Shown here: positions 38,808-49,100 of the stretch, in pieces | How the letters are laid out: each line of letters begins with the position of its first letter | How positions within the stretch are numbered: the stretch's first letter is position 1 | DNA from: a virus | Lineage: Duplodnaviria; Caudoviricetes | IMG/VR virus record: IMGVR_UViG_2671180292_000001 | Coordinates: 1 to 64,000 of that record | Strand: one strand, 5' to 3' | Length of the DNA: 64,000 nt | The notes under the pieces: generated by a model | Databases searched by the model: none | What the model was told of the DNA's origin: nothing | Seen by the model: only the letters and a program-made list of their open reading frames with translations | Made by a program: the position numbers and the translations under genes

Positions 38808-40508
38808 TCAGATCGTGGTGCCGTGGTAGCGGACGTCACCGTTGATGCTGGTGAAACTCACCGGCCCGGCGACGCACTCGATATCCATCCGGAACTGATA
38901 GATGCGGCTGGTCCCGGGCGGCATGTTGAACTCGTGATCCACACCGCTGGCCGTGTAGACCCACGGCTTGGAACCCGGGCCGTTCCACACGTCCTCGAAG
39001 ACCACCAGGCCGAGTGGTGCCGCATCGACCGAGCAGACCGGCGACATGTACACCCGCCAGTGCGCACCCGCCCCGACAGTCAACGTCACCGTCGCCGACG
39101 CGACCCCCATCGTGTGCAGGCGGCGGCACTGTGACGGGTTCGCGTAGGACACGCCCTGCGTGAAGGTGTACACCTGCCCGGATGTCATGTCCAGAGGCGG
39201 ACCACCAGGCGTCGGCACATGCCGAAAACGCTCGAAGGTGCCGATGATGGTTGTTGCCTCGGGCCGGGAGTGCAGGGTGCCGTCGGCTGCGCAGTAGATC
39301 TCGGACGTGGTGTTGGTGTCGTCGCAGGCGAACGGCTGGCCGATCCGGTCGGCGAGCGGCCATACGCCAGAGGTGGCGACGATCAGCGGCGTGGAGGGGG
39401 TGCCGTCGCCGTCCAGGCCGCAGCCGACGCTCGGCGGGGGCGCTGGCGGGACGTACAGGCCGCCGTCAGCGCCGAACGCTGCCTGGTTGCCGGCATCGGC
39501 CGAGAGTCGTGCTGCGATCTCCCCGCTCGCGGGGGTGTAGGCGGCGCCGTCTCCTGCGGTCAGGCAGCCGCGAACATCCGCGCACTCGACATACAGCCCG
39601 TCGGGCCCCTCCTGTAGGAGGTTGCTGCCACCGCCCGGCGGGGCGGCGTCCATCCGTACCGCCCCGGTCACCTGGTACGGGGTGGCCGTAGACCCGTCGC
39701 CGGTCAGCATCAGGTCCAGCGTCGGGGAGTCTGCCACCTGCAGCGCGGTCGGGTCGCCGACACCCGGCGGGACCATCAGGCCCCCATCGGAGCCGATGGC
39801 GAGCGTGTTTCCTGCGTCGGTGGAGGGCCGGGCGGTGAACTCCCCTGTTCCCGGGTTGTAAGTGAGGCCATCCCCAGCGCTGAGGCAGGGGCGGACGTCG
39901 TCGCAGGACACCGCCCCAGGGGTGACGAGCAGACCCCCATCAGTGCCAAACCTGAGCGTGTTTCCCGCATCCGTGGACGGCCGGGCGGCGATCCCACCGG
40001 TAGCAGGGTCGTAGTCGACGCCGTCACCGGCCGACAGGCACCCGCGCACGTCACCACATTCGACGTACAGCCCGTCCGGTCCCTCGTGGATGAGGTTGGC
40101 TCCGCCGCCGGGCGGGGCCGGGTCAAGCTGCACGTCAGCCGACAGGCTGTAAGGGTCTGCAGGGGTGCCCGTGCCTGCCAATGTCAGATCCACCGTGGGG
40201 GTGTCTGCCACACCCAGCGCGGTCGGCACGGCCGAACTCGGCGGGACCATGAGCCCGCCGTCCGTCCCGATCTCCAGCGCGTTCCCGGCGTCCGTGGAGG
40301 GCCGGGCGGTAATCTCCCCCGTTCCGGGGTCGTAGTCGATGCCGTCGCCAGCGGACAGGCAAGGCCGCACGTCATCGCAGGACACTGTGCCGCCGCCGTC
40401 GGCGCTGATCACGTACGGGCTGGTGGTGCCGCCGTCACCGGTGACGGTGACTCCAGGACCAGCGGTGACGGTGCAGGTGCAGCGGCGGGCCCCGCAACAC
40501 TGAGCCAA
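38808..40508 (-). CDS. Tail fibre-like repeat protein
   Basis: Four repeats C.DVR.CL.AGDG..Y.P..G...AR.S.DAGN....G.DGGL; GGAGG before TTG 40508. Confidence 0.75.
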   Translation of the reverse strand: MAQCCGARRCTCTVTAGPGVTVTGDGGTTSPYVISADGGGTVSCDDVRPCLSAGDGIDYDPGTGEITARPSTDAGNALEIGTDGGLMVPPSSAVPTALGVADTPTVDLTLAGTGTPADPYSLSADVQLDPAPPGGGANLIHEGPDGLYVECGDVRGCLSAGDGVDYDPATGGIAARPSTDAGNTLRFGTDGGLLVTPGAVSCDDVRPCLSAGDGLTYNPGTGEFTARPSTDAGNTLAIGSDGGLMVPPGVGDPTALQVADSPTLDLMLTGDGSTATPYQVTGAVRMDAAPPGGGSNLLQEGPDGLYVECADVRGCLTAGDGAAYTPASGEIAARLSADAGNQAAFGADGGLYVPPAPPPSVGCGLDGDGTPSTPLIVATSGVWPLADRIGQPFACDDTNTTSEIYCAADGTLHSRPEATTIIGTFERFRHVPTPGGPPLDMTSGQVYTFTQGVSYANPSQCRRLHTMGVASATVTLTVGAGAHWRVYMSPVCSVDAAPLGLVVFEDVWNGPGSKPWVYTASGVDHEFNMPPGTSRIYQFRMDIECVAGPVSFTSINGDVRYHGTTI

Positions 40509-40533
40509 GGCTTCCTCCGATGTGTCGGAGTAG

Positions 40534-40571
40534 CGCCCGGCCCGCAACGCCAGCAGCTAAGGCGAGTCTAC
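40534..40571 (-). promoter_or_regulatory. Conserved late-gene motif copy 1
   Basis: GTAGACT-N7-GCTGCTG-N7-GGGCCGGGCG on minus strand. Confidence 0.7.
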
Positions 40572-40593
40572 GACCCGACCACCTGGCAGGCGA

Positions 40594-41316
40594 TCAGCCG
40601 TGGAGTTCCACGATTACGAGTCCATGGCCGCCCTCGGCGCCGGGAACCGAGGTACCCGTGCTGAGCGCCCCGCCAGCGCCTCCGCCCCGGCCACGCGGCG
40701 CACTTCCCGGGCCTTCGCCACCGCGTTGGAAACCGCCATGCCCGAGGCGGCTTTCGCCTCCGACGCCGGACATGCCTTGGGTGGCGGACAGACGGATCGC
40801 GCCCCCGCCCGCGCCGCCACCTCCGGAGTTGCCATTGCCGGTGCCGACCAAAGGTCCGGGAATGCCCGTCGAGGTGGAGAAGGCGGTGCCTGTGGTCATG
40901 TTGGCAGTCCCGCCGTCACCGCCGAATGCGACCGCGAATCCGCCGAACGATGAGGTGCCGCCGTTGCCGCCGGGGTTGTTCCCACCACCAGCCGCGCCGC
41001 CCGCGCCGACCACGACGCTCTCTGTCGCGCCGAGGGAGGCCACCTCGATGAGCGCCTCCGAGTAGCCTCCGCCAGCGCCGCCTGGCCGGGCGATGAGTTC
41101 GCCGGCGGCGGCGTTCGCGCCGCCGCTGCCTCCGCCCGCGCCCTGCACCTTCACGTAAACACGAGCCAGCCACGGGTAGTCGGCTTTCCGGAATTGGTGG
41201 ACACCCGGCGTGGAGTAGATGAGCACCTGGCGCAGGCCGAGACTCCCCGGGATTACGCATAGCTCACCGGACGGGGTGACGGTGAGGCGGTCGTCACAGA
41301 CGCAGACCCTGGCCAC
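40594..41316 (-). CDS. Glycine-rich minor tail/virion protein
   Basis: VKVQGAGGGSGG..GGAGGGYSE..G.GG.GLVIVE domain. Confidence 0.8.
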   Translation of the reverse strand: MARVCVCDDRLTVTPSGELCVIPGSLGLRQVLIYSTPGVHQFRKADYPWLARVYVKVQGAGGGSGGANAAAGELIARPGGAGGGYSEALIEVASLGATESVVVGAGGAAGGGNNPGGNGGTSSFGGFAVAFGGDGGTANMTTGTAFSTSTGIPGPLVGTGNGNSGGGGAGGGAIRLSATQGMSGVGGESRLGHGGFQRGGEGPGSAPRGRGGGAGGALSTGTSVPGAEGGHGLVIVELHG

Positions 41317-41318
41317 GG

Positions 41319-41630
41319 CTACTCCCCTCCACCCGCGAGAGCGTTGAGCAGGTCGGCCAGGCCAGGCAGCTCGACATCGTTGGGGACGCCGAGGATCTGC
41401 CGGGCGGTCGCCTCATCCATGCCAAGCCGCATCAACTGCGCCACCGACGTGGTGAACCGCTCCCGCTCGGCGTCGAGGAGCTGCTGTCGATGCGCCGCAG
41501 TCTTCGCTTCGATGCTGTTCAGGACGCTCTCGTAGGCCTCGCGAGTGATTTCCACCGCGCCGGGAGGTGGGGGGATCTCCCGCTTGGAGACCGACCCGTC
41601 TTCGTACTGGTAGTAGAGGATCTTGTCCAC
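41319..41630 (-). CDS. Small tail-associated (chaperone-like) protein
   Basis: AAGGAG RBS; GAVEITREAYE. Confidence 0.6.
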   Translation of the reverse strand: MDKILYYQYEDGSVSKREIPPPPGAVEITREAYESVLNSIEAKTAAHRQQLLDAERERFTTSVAQLMRLGMDEATARQILGVPNDVELPGLADLLNALAGGGE

Positions 41631-41638
41631 AGGGCTCC

Positions 41639-42628
41639 TTAGAGGACGAACACGAATGCGCGCATGAACGACTGGATCCTGCTGTAGGTGGCCCCGCCGG
41701 AGCCGCGGCCCATTGTCACGTCGAGCGGCTCGTTCAGCGTGGCTCCCGGGGCGATCACCCGGTTGTAGACCTTCGTCGTCTGGCAGTGGACATTCGTCGC
41801 CGCGCTGCTGCCTCGGTTGGCGGTGTACACCATGCTGTCGGTGCTGATGCCGTACTCCGCCCCCGAGCTCGCGGGCAGGTCGAAAGCTACATCGACTTCG
41901 ACTTCGCAGACGACGAACGCCTCCCTGCACGGGTCGGGGTTGGTGATCGAAAGATGGCGTGTGGTGACGACGTTGTCGCTCCCGGTAGGTACGGCGGTGG
42001 CGGGGTAGGACTGGTTGACCGAGTCCTGCACATACGTCGCTCGACCCCTCGGCTCGGACCGGAGAGTGCCAGTCGAGTCGCAAAAAACACGGCCCGCGTT
42101 CGCGTCGACCGGGCACGAGTACGGCCACGGCGTGACCTTGGCCGCCAGCGGTGAGGCCGCCGCTCCCGTGCCGGTCAGGCCGCACGCGCCGACGGTGAGC
42201 GCCGCCCGGAGCCCAGTCGCAGTGCACGCGAGGAGCTGGCCTGGGTTGGGGTCGATGATCGGCGCCGCCGACAGAGGGGCTCCAGTGGTGCCCTGCCCGG
42301 ACAGGTCGATACACGGCGTGTCCTGGGTGGAGACGAACGTCAACCCACCCGAACCGCCACCGCCAGCGGCGTAGATCCCACCGTCCACCCCGATCGCCGC
42401 AGCGTTCCCAGCCGCCGTCGAGATCTTCACCCGGAACTGGTTCGCAGCGTCGTCGTACTCCAGACCCGGCCCGACAGCGGCACCGACGCAGTCTTGGATG
42501 ATCTCGCAATCGCTGGCGGCGCTCGCGCTGATGACGTACGGATTGGACGCGGAGCCGTTCCCACTAATAGTCACGCCAGGGCCAGGCGCTAACGAACAAG
42601 CGCATGATCCACTGCATCCGCAACGCAA
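41639..42628 (-). CDS. Minor tail/fibre protein
   Basis: RCGCSGSCAC N-terminus; shares a repeat with 38808-40508; AGGAGG RBS. Confidence 0.75.
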   Translation of the reverse strand: MRCGCSGSCACSLAPGPGVTISGNGSASNPYVISASAASDCEIIQDCVGAAVGPGLEYDDAANQFRVKISTAAGNAAAIGVDGGIYAAGGGGSGGLTFVSTQDTPCIDLSGQGTTGAPLSAAPIIDPNPGQLLACTATGLRAALTVGACGLTGTGAAASPLAAKVTPWPYSCPVDANAGRVFCDSTGTLRSEPRGRATYVQDSVNQSYPATAVPTGSDNVVTTRHLSITNPDPCREAFVVCEVEVDVAFDLPASSGAEYGISTDSMVYTANRGSSAATNVHCQTTKVYNRVIAPGATLNEPLDVTMGRGSGGATYSRIQSFMRAFVFVL

Positions 42629-42659
42629 ATTAAACCTCCTGTCCTTGTATAATTGTTAA

Positions 42660-43496
42660 ATGACTCGGAGACTTACTCAAGAGGAGATCGACTCTCGTCC
42701 CCCACGTCTCTGCGCCTGCGGCGGCATAGCCCTGAACCGGACCGGAACCCCGCGATGCAGTGCTTGCAAGGAGGCATCGAAACAGGCTTCGCGAACGCGC
42801 TACAGGGACATCCGGCGCGCCAAACGGCCGCCTCGCATCTGCCCCCGATGCGATAAGGAAATCCCCTTCAACCCCGACCGTCCTCTCGCCGCCATTCACG
42901 AGGAGTGTCGCGTCCTTCCAACCAAGTCGAAGGCAGCCAAGAAGCGAGAACGCAAGTGCTGGAAATGCGGCACCAGCGAAGTTATCCACAAGATAGGCAG
43001 GCCGGTCTGCGCCGGTTGCTACGCGCTTGGAACGACCAAGCTGCGCAACTGCGTCGATTGCGATAAGCAATTCAAGACGCGTAACAACTCGACTCGCTGC
43101 AGCCAGTGCAGTTACCGGCGACGCAAGAAGCTGGCCGACCGCAAATGCTCTCGATGTGACACGCTGATCGACTATCGGTCCAGGAACTGCCCGAAGTGCC
43201 CCGCCAAATCTGTCCCTACGGCTCCGATCGGGCACCGGCGGAAAATGCGCTACGGCTACATCGAGATCAAGACCGAAAAAGGATGGCTGCGCGAGCACGT
43301 CCACGTCATGGAGGAGCACATTGGTCGTCGCCTGTTGCCGGGCGAGTCGGTACACCACAAGAACGGGATCAGAGATGACAACCGCATCGAGAACCTCGAA
43401 CTCTGGACCCGAGCCCAGCCCGCCGGTCAGCGCGTGACCGACATGCTCTCCTGGGCGTGGGAAATCATCGACCGGTATGGCGACATGCCGCTGTGA
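42660..43496 (+). CDS. HNH endonuclease with multiple CxxC fingers
   Basis: [32 protein letters not shown]; TATAAT at 42648-42653. Confidence 0.9.
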   Translation: MTRRLTQEEIDSRPPRLCACGGIALNRTGTPRCSACKEASKQASRTRYRDIRRAKRPPRICPRCDKEIPFNPDRPLAAIHEECRVLPTKSKAAKKRERKCWKCGTSEVIHKIGRPVCAGCYALGTTKLRNCVDCDKQFKTRNNSTRCSQCSYRRRKKLADRKCSRCDTLIDYRSRNCPKCPAKSVPTAPIGHRRKMRYGYIEIKTEKGWLREHVHVMEEHIGRRLLPGESVHHKNGIRDDNRIENLELWTRAQPAGQRVTDMLSWAWEIIDRYGDMPL

Positions 43497-43541
43497 CTCG
43501 CCGTGCTCCATGGCCGGGCCTCCCAGCGGATCCCAAGGGGT

Positions 43542-43581
43542 CGCCCGGCCCACAGCACTGCGGCGTCAAGGTCAAGCGTAC
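43542..43581 (-). promoter_or_regulatory. Conserved late-gene motif copy 2
   Basis: GTACGCT-N10-GCCGCAG-N6-GGGCCGGGCG. Confidence 0.65.
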
Positions 43582-43593
43582 GGCTTGGCCGCG

Positions 43594-43794
43594 CTAAGGG
43601 CTGGCGACTACCGCGGCCCGGCCGGTGGTGGTGTTCGTTGCGACGAGCTGCCCGTCCTGGTCGACTGCCAGCAGGTAGGCGTTCGGTGGCACGCCGACCA
43701 CCACCGACGTGCGGTGCTCCAGCACGCGGATCCGGTCGTCCAGGTCCCGCAGCAGTTCCTCTGGCGTGCGTGCCCGGCGTGGTCTCCTCGCCAC
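43594..43794 (-). CDS. Small tail-region protein
   Basis: GGAGGG RBS; LRDLDDRIRVLE coil. Confidence 0.65.
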   Translation of the reverse strand: MARRPRRARTPEELLRDLDDRIRVLEHRTSVVVGVPPNAYLLAVDQDGQLVATNTTTGRAAVVASP

Positions 43795-43807
43795 CGTGTC
43801 CCCTCCC

Positions 43808-44845
43808 CTAGATGTAGGCGGTGTCGATCCCGACTGGTGCCAGGGTGACGCCGACCCGCTCCCCGTTCTCGTCGAACGTCACGTTCACCCGCAGCAACCT
43901 GAGGTCGGTCGCGACGGTGCGGCAGGTCCGCTCACTCGCGACCGGGACGACCACACCGGGGACAAGGTCGTTGATCCCGACCGGGGCTTCTGGGGAGAGC
44001 TGCGTCCCGTCGGGCACCTCCACATATAACGGCGACGGGCTCCCGGCGGCGACGATCGCCTCCGCCTCGGCCTGGGCGGACCGTTCGTCGAGGATCTCCT
44101 CCTCCGTCACCAGGACCTCGAGCAGTCCGCACGGGCCGGTCCCGCCTGCTTGGCCGCGCACGCCCTTCCCAAGCACCACCGCATCGGTCACAGCGGCGAG
44201 GCCATCCTCAATCACGGTGATCGGCCCGGCGAAATCCTCATCGGTCAGCGTCGAAAGCCGGGCGAGTGGCGTCTCCCCCGTGATGAGGATCCGCCGGCCG
44301 AGAGCGGTCCAGTCGACGCCAGTGCGGGCGAGCTCGCGCAGCGCGTCGAGGACGTAGCCGGAGTCGGCGGCGTACTGGCGTGCGCCCACGATGCCTGTGG
44401 GGGTGACCAGCAGGTGCTCGAGGACGCCTGGGTCGTCCCGGGAGTAGCCGTGCCGGACGAGGGCCTCGGCGATGTGGGCGAGGTCGGCCTCAGCAGAGCC
44501 GGTGAAGTCCAGCAGGCTCGCGATCCGTCTGCGGTAGAGCCACTGGGAGACGTCGCGGGCGTTGATGGTGGTGGCGTCGTCGGTGTACTCCATCCGGACG
44601 ATCGGGCCGTCCCACACCAGGTTCCCGTCCCGGAAGATGTTGATGTTGTTGCACCACGACCGGGTGTTGCCGAGGAGCTCGCAGCAGTCCGGGCCGCTGT
44701 ACGGCACTGTGATCTGCGCCTCCGAGGTGTCGTCGAGCAGCCTGCCCCACTGCCCGGTCGAGGGTTCGACGGTGCCGTAGGCCGCCCGGCCTTCCCGGTC
44801 GCGGATCTCGACCACGTATTCGTCGGCGCACCCGAGCGGTCCCAC
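43808..44845 (-). CDS. Minor tail protein (baseplate hub/Tal, Gp37-like)
   Basis: WGRLLDDTSEA, IFRDGNLVWDGPI, DLVPGVVV; second gene after tape measure. Confidence 0.8.
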   Translation of the reverse strand: MGPLGCADEYVVEIRDREGRAAYGTVEPSTGQWGRLLDDTSEAQITVPYSGPDCCELLGNTRSWCNNINIFRDGNLVWDGPIVRMEYTDDATTINARDVSQWLYRRRIASLLDFTGSAEADLAHIAEALVRHGYSRDDPGVLEHLLVTPTGIVGARQYAADSGYVLDALRELARTGVDWTALGRRILITGETPLARLSTLTDEDFAGPITVIEDGLAAVTDAVVLGKGVRGQAGGTGPCGLLEVLVTEEEILDERSAQAEAEAIVAAGSPSPLYVEVPDGTQLSPEAPVGINDLVPGVVVPVASERTCRTVATDLRLLRVNVTFDENGERVGVTLAPVGIDTAYI

Positions 44846-44860
44846 GCTCGTCTCCTCTCA

Positions 44861-46186
44861 TCAGGTTTCGCGTACGACCGTGCGGAGCGTCACCGACGCG
44901 TCCTCAGCGATCAGGTCGGAGTCGGCGGACACACACACCGTGTAGGGGATGCCGCATTCCAGCACTGGCCAGGAGAACGGCCTGCCGTCCGGCCCGGAGA
45001 CGATCCCCGCCGCTGGTGTCTCAGCCCGGCCGGGGCATTGCACGTAGGCGGTGCGGCGGGTCCCGTCGAGCACCAGGTGCGCGTACTCCGGCAGATAGGA
45101 GATGTTGATCTCCGAGCACCACGAACAGGGATCCAACTCCGACGCAGGAACATTCCCAGGGTTCGGGTAGAACCGCGCCCTCACGCTCCGCAGCACCCCG
45201 CTCCCCGCATACAGCTCCAGTACAGGCACCATGTCCGCCCAGATCGGCGCCGTTGCCGGCGACACCGTGACACAGACTTCGCGGCGTTCCCACGGCTCGC
45301 ACTGGCAGTCATTCCTCGGCAGCGGCAGGTCCGGCACCACGGGGGGCGGGCAGTTGGGGTCCAGCGGGCAGGGCTGCGGTGCCTGAGCAGCGCATTCGCC
45401 GTACTCGTCCATGCACCCCGGGTCCGTCACCCATTCGACGCAGTCGTCGCCGCCGCTCGGGGGTGGCCAGGTGACCGCTTCAGCGATCGTGACCGGAGCC
45501 CTGAGCGCGTGCGGCCTGCCCGCGAGGAGGGTGAACTGGATCTGCAGGCCGGTGGCGGGGCAGCATCCGCAGCCGCCGCCGAACCGGCCGATGATGGTCG
45601 GGGCCTCGATCAGGGAGACGTCCTTGAGGGTGCGGAACACGCCCTGGGCGCATGTCTGCGCCGTGCACGGGCCGGGGCAGCACTCGGTGCTGCCGGTGGT
45701 GGTTGGGCAGCAGGTCATGTACTGCAAGTCGTCCCCGCCGCACGAACCGGAGCCGCAACCGAGCGACCCTTGCAACACCGATGACAGCCAGCGCAGGCCA
45801 TAGTCCACGCTGCACGAGGTCCGCCCGAGCAGAGCGCCGGTGACGACGATCGTCCGAGGCCCGTACCGGCGACGGCCGATCACCACCCCATCGCCGGTCC
45901 GCGGGGTCACCGCCCGTTCGACGGGGGCCGAGTCCAACCCGTCGATGTCCGTGATCAGCAGCCCGGCGAAATCCACGCTGTCGGGCTCTGCAGGATCTAC
46001 CCACGGCGCTTCATCCGGCCCCGGCAGCGTGTACGGCTCATCGCCGAGCATTCCGGCGAGGTCACCACAGCAGCAGTCCCCCACCTGCGTGGTGTGCGGT
46101 CGTAGTCCCGCCCGCGCGTAGGTGATCGTCCGGCAGGCGTTGGACACCTCCACGCCCCCCACACACAACCAGGACCGATCAGCCAC
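44861..46186 (-). CDS. Distal tail protein (Dit)-like, Cys-rich
   Basis: GDGVVIGRRRYGPRTIVVTG; directly after tape measure. Confidence 0.75.
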   Translation of the reverse strand: MADRSWLCVGGVEVSNACRTITYARAGLRPHTTQVGDCCCGDLAGMLGDEPYTLPGPDEAPWVDPAEPDSVDFAGLLITDIDGLDSAPVERAVTPRTGDGVVIGRRRYGPRTIVVTGALLGRTSCSVDYGLRWLSSVLQGSLGCGSGSCGGDDLQYMTCCPTTTGSTECCPGPCTAQTCAQGVFRTLKDVSLIEAPTIIGRFGGGCGCCPATGLQIQFTLLAGRPHALRAPVTIAEAVTWPPPSGGDDCVEWVTDPGCMDEYGECAAQAPQPCPLDPNCPPPVVPDLPLPRNDCQCEPWERREVCVTVSPATAPIWADMVPVLELYAGSGVLRSVRARFYPNPGNVPASELDPCSWCSEINISYLPEYAHLVLDGTRRTAYVQCPGRAETPAAGIVSGPDGRPFSWPVLECGIPYTVCVSADSDLIAEDASVTLRTVVRET

Positions 46187-46198
46187 CTCTCCCCCCTC

Positions 46199-49100
46199 CT
46201 AGCGCACGGCGGCCAGTAGCCGCGTCTCGATCTGGTGGGCCACAGTGCGCGGGTCGTACGCCTGGTTGATCGTGAACTGGTTGTTGTGGTGGTGGACCTC
46301 ACGCGGCCCCGTCGGACGGGCGTACGCGGGCGCCCCTGCTGTGGCGGCTCTGGGCGGGGTCATGCGCGCCGCTGTCGCCAGTGCGGGCTGCACAGCAGTG
46401 GCAACGGCTGATCGCGCCCGAGCGGCCAGCTTGCGGATGCCGAGGATGTAACCCGCCATCGTGTTCATGCCGTCCCGTTCGAGAACCCGCGACGGCGACT
46501 TGATTTTCAGGGTTTTCTTGACGGTCTGAGAGACCGACTTCGCGATCTCCGTCATCAGTTTGATGATCTCTTTTTCCTCGGCCTTCAGCCCGGCCAGGAA
46601 GCCCTTACCTGCGGCGCGGCCCGCATCGAACAGCAGATCCGCGCTCTGCGTACCGAGGCTCTTGGTGGCCTTGTCGATCTGCCGCTGCAGCGAACTGATC
46701 TGGTTCAGCTCACCCTGCGAGGCGGTTGCCAGCATCCGCGCCAGGCTGCCGCCCTCGTCTACCCCGGCCTCCACGATCTGGCGGAGGGCGCCCTTGTCCA
46801 AGCCTTTCCGGGCGAGGGTTTCGATGTTCCGCTGGAAATCCTGGATGGCCCTGAGACGCTGGCGGAGGGTGTCGGCGATCGTGCGGGCGCTGGCCTGCTG
46901 CGCATCGTCGAAACGGGCCAGGTTGGCGAAGTCCCTAGCTCGGCTGGTGACGTCGGCGGCGAGCTGGGTCGCCTCCTCGATCTGCGCTCTGAGCTTGTCA
47001 CGCCGTTTAGCCAGGTCCGACAGCTTCTTGTTCTGCTTGTCGAGGCGGGCGACAAGCCGGTCATCCACGGTGGTGCGGATCCCCCGGAACGCCGCCGTGA
47101 TCCGCTTCTCAAGGGACCGGAACGCGGTGTTGATCTGCGACGCGCTACCCGTGGAGATCGTCTTGACGAAGTCGCGCCCGACTGACTCCCCGATCGCGAG
47201 CAGTTTCTTCTCCAGCGACTTGCGGATCCGCTCCACCTCAGCGGCGATCGCCTTCGCCGAACCGCGCAGCCCTCGGCGAATGTCCGCGCCGAGCAGTGCG
47301 CCGATGTCGACCATCGGCGCGCGGGTGACCTTCCCACTGATCTTTCCGCCCGTGGCGTACCCAGGGACACGACCCCTGACCTGCCCGCCCGACGCGAACC
47401 TGTCGGCGTTGATGGCCTGCAGCAACGGCAGATACTTGCGGGTGCTCTTCGCATTCACGATGAACTCGAAGTTGGACAGCCACGCCAGCCCACGCCGGCC
47501 CTTGTCGATCAACGCCAAGATGCTGTCCGACGTTCCGGTGCCCGGCCCTCGCAGCACCCCACCGCCACGCGGCTGCCGTACAGGACCGCCGCCAGCGCGG
47601 CGGATCACCCCGCTCGACAGCAGCCCGCCCGTGGCACCGGCGGTGCCGGGTGCGCGGATCGCTACCGGGATGGATGGACGCTGCTGCCCGATAAGCGCGA
47701 GGAAGCTGGCGAGCGCGCCCCGGGCGGGGGCGGTGTTCGCCGTGATGTCGATGCTCTTCGATTTGGGCAGGTTGTTGATCTGTGCGCCGAGTGAGCGGAC
47801 CTTCCCCGCAGCCGTGGCGGCTTTCCCGCCAGCCCCCTGGGCGGTCTGCGCGAGCGACCCGACATTGGCCGCCGCGGTGCTCGCTGTCCCGGACAGATGG
47901 CCAGCCTGCGCGGCGGCCTCGGACATCCCAGCGGCAGCAGACAACCCGCCCCTTCCGATGCGGCTGCTCTCCGCCGCGAGGAGCGCCGCCCGTGTCGCGG
48001 CTTCGCCCGCTTTCCCGGTCAGTCCTGCCGCCTGCTGCGCGGCAGCAGACAAACCTCCGGCGGCGGTCAGGCCGTTGCGCCCGGCACGGTCGGTCTGGGT
48101 CGCCAGGCCGCCCACGGGGCCTGCTGCCGTACTCGCCGACCCCGCGAGGTTGCCAGCCTGCGCGGCGGCCTCCGACAGGCCCAGAGCCGCATTCTTGCCT
48201 TTCTTGCCGGCCTTATCCGCCTCGATCGCCAGAGTGCCGACGTTCCCCGCTGCGCCTCCCGCGCTCGCGCCGAGCAAACCGGCCTGCGCGCCCGCCTCGG
48301 CCAGACCTCCAGCCACGTCCAACCCGGCCAGCTTCTCGACGGCATCTTTCGCGCCGCGTACACCCCCGGCAGCCTCCTCGGCCTTGACCCCCAGCCGCCC
48401 GAACGTCTCTTCAAGGGCCGCGAGAAGCTCAGGCCCCTCCCGAGTTTTGCGGAGGGCTTTTTCCAGCTCGACCCGGTTGTCCTTGTATGCCTTCTCGCTG
48501 CGGCGGGTCGACTCTGTGGCGGCGAACTCCGCCTCGGTGTACGTCAGGAGTGACCGTGCGTATTCGGTGGCTTTCTCCTGCCGCTGGTCGGCTGTCAGGT
48601 TGGTTTTCCGTAGGGCCTTCTCCAGGTCCGTCTCCGCTTTCCGCATCCGGACACCAGCGTCAGCGAACTGGACGGCAGGGTTGGCGAGGCGGTTCAAGGC
48701 CCCGTTGAGGGCATCGACCCGGTCGGCGGCGCCGAGCGCGGTGTTGCCCATCGTCTCGAACAGCTCGTCGAGGACCTCCGTCGAGGACTTGGCGACGTTG
48801 GCGGCGTCGCGGTATTGGCCGATCTTGTCGGCTGCGGAGGCGATCAGGCTTCCCGACTCGACCACGCCGCGCGACAGGTCAACCCCGGCGGCGTTCGCAA
48901 GTTGGATCGCCGCCTTCTGGGTGATGCCGTACTCCCGCGCCAGAAGTTTCGCGGCTTCGGTGACGTTGCGGAACTTTCGGTCGTTTTCCTCGATTTTCTG
49001 CCCGGCGGCGCGGTAGGTGGAGTCGAGGTTCTGGTTCGCCTGCGCGGCCTGCAGCATGGCGACGTTGTTCGCGTTCACCGACTGGTTCAGCTGGCCAAGA

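Noticed and set aside
46560-49016. Long + strand ORFs opposite the tape measure (also 20897-22750, 27021-28631, 44150-45784)
   Set aside because: Antisense shadow ORFs expected in high-GC coding DNA; no motifs.
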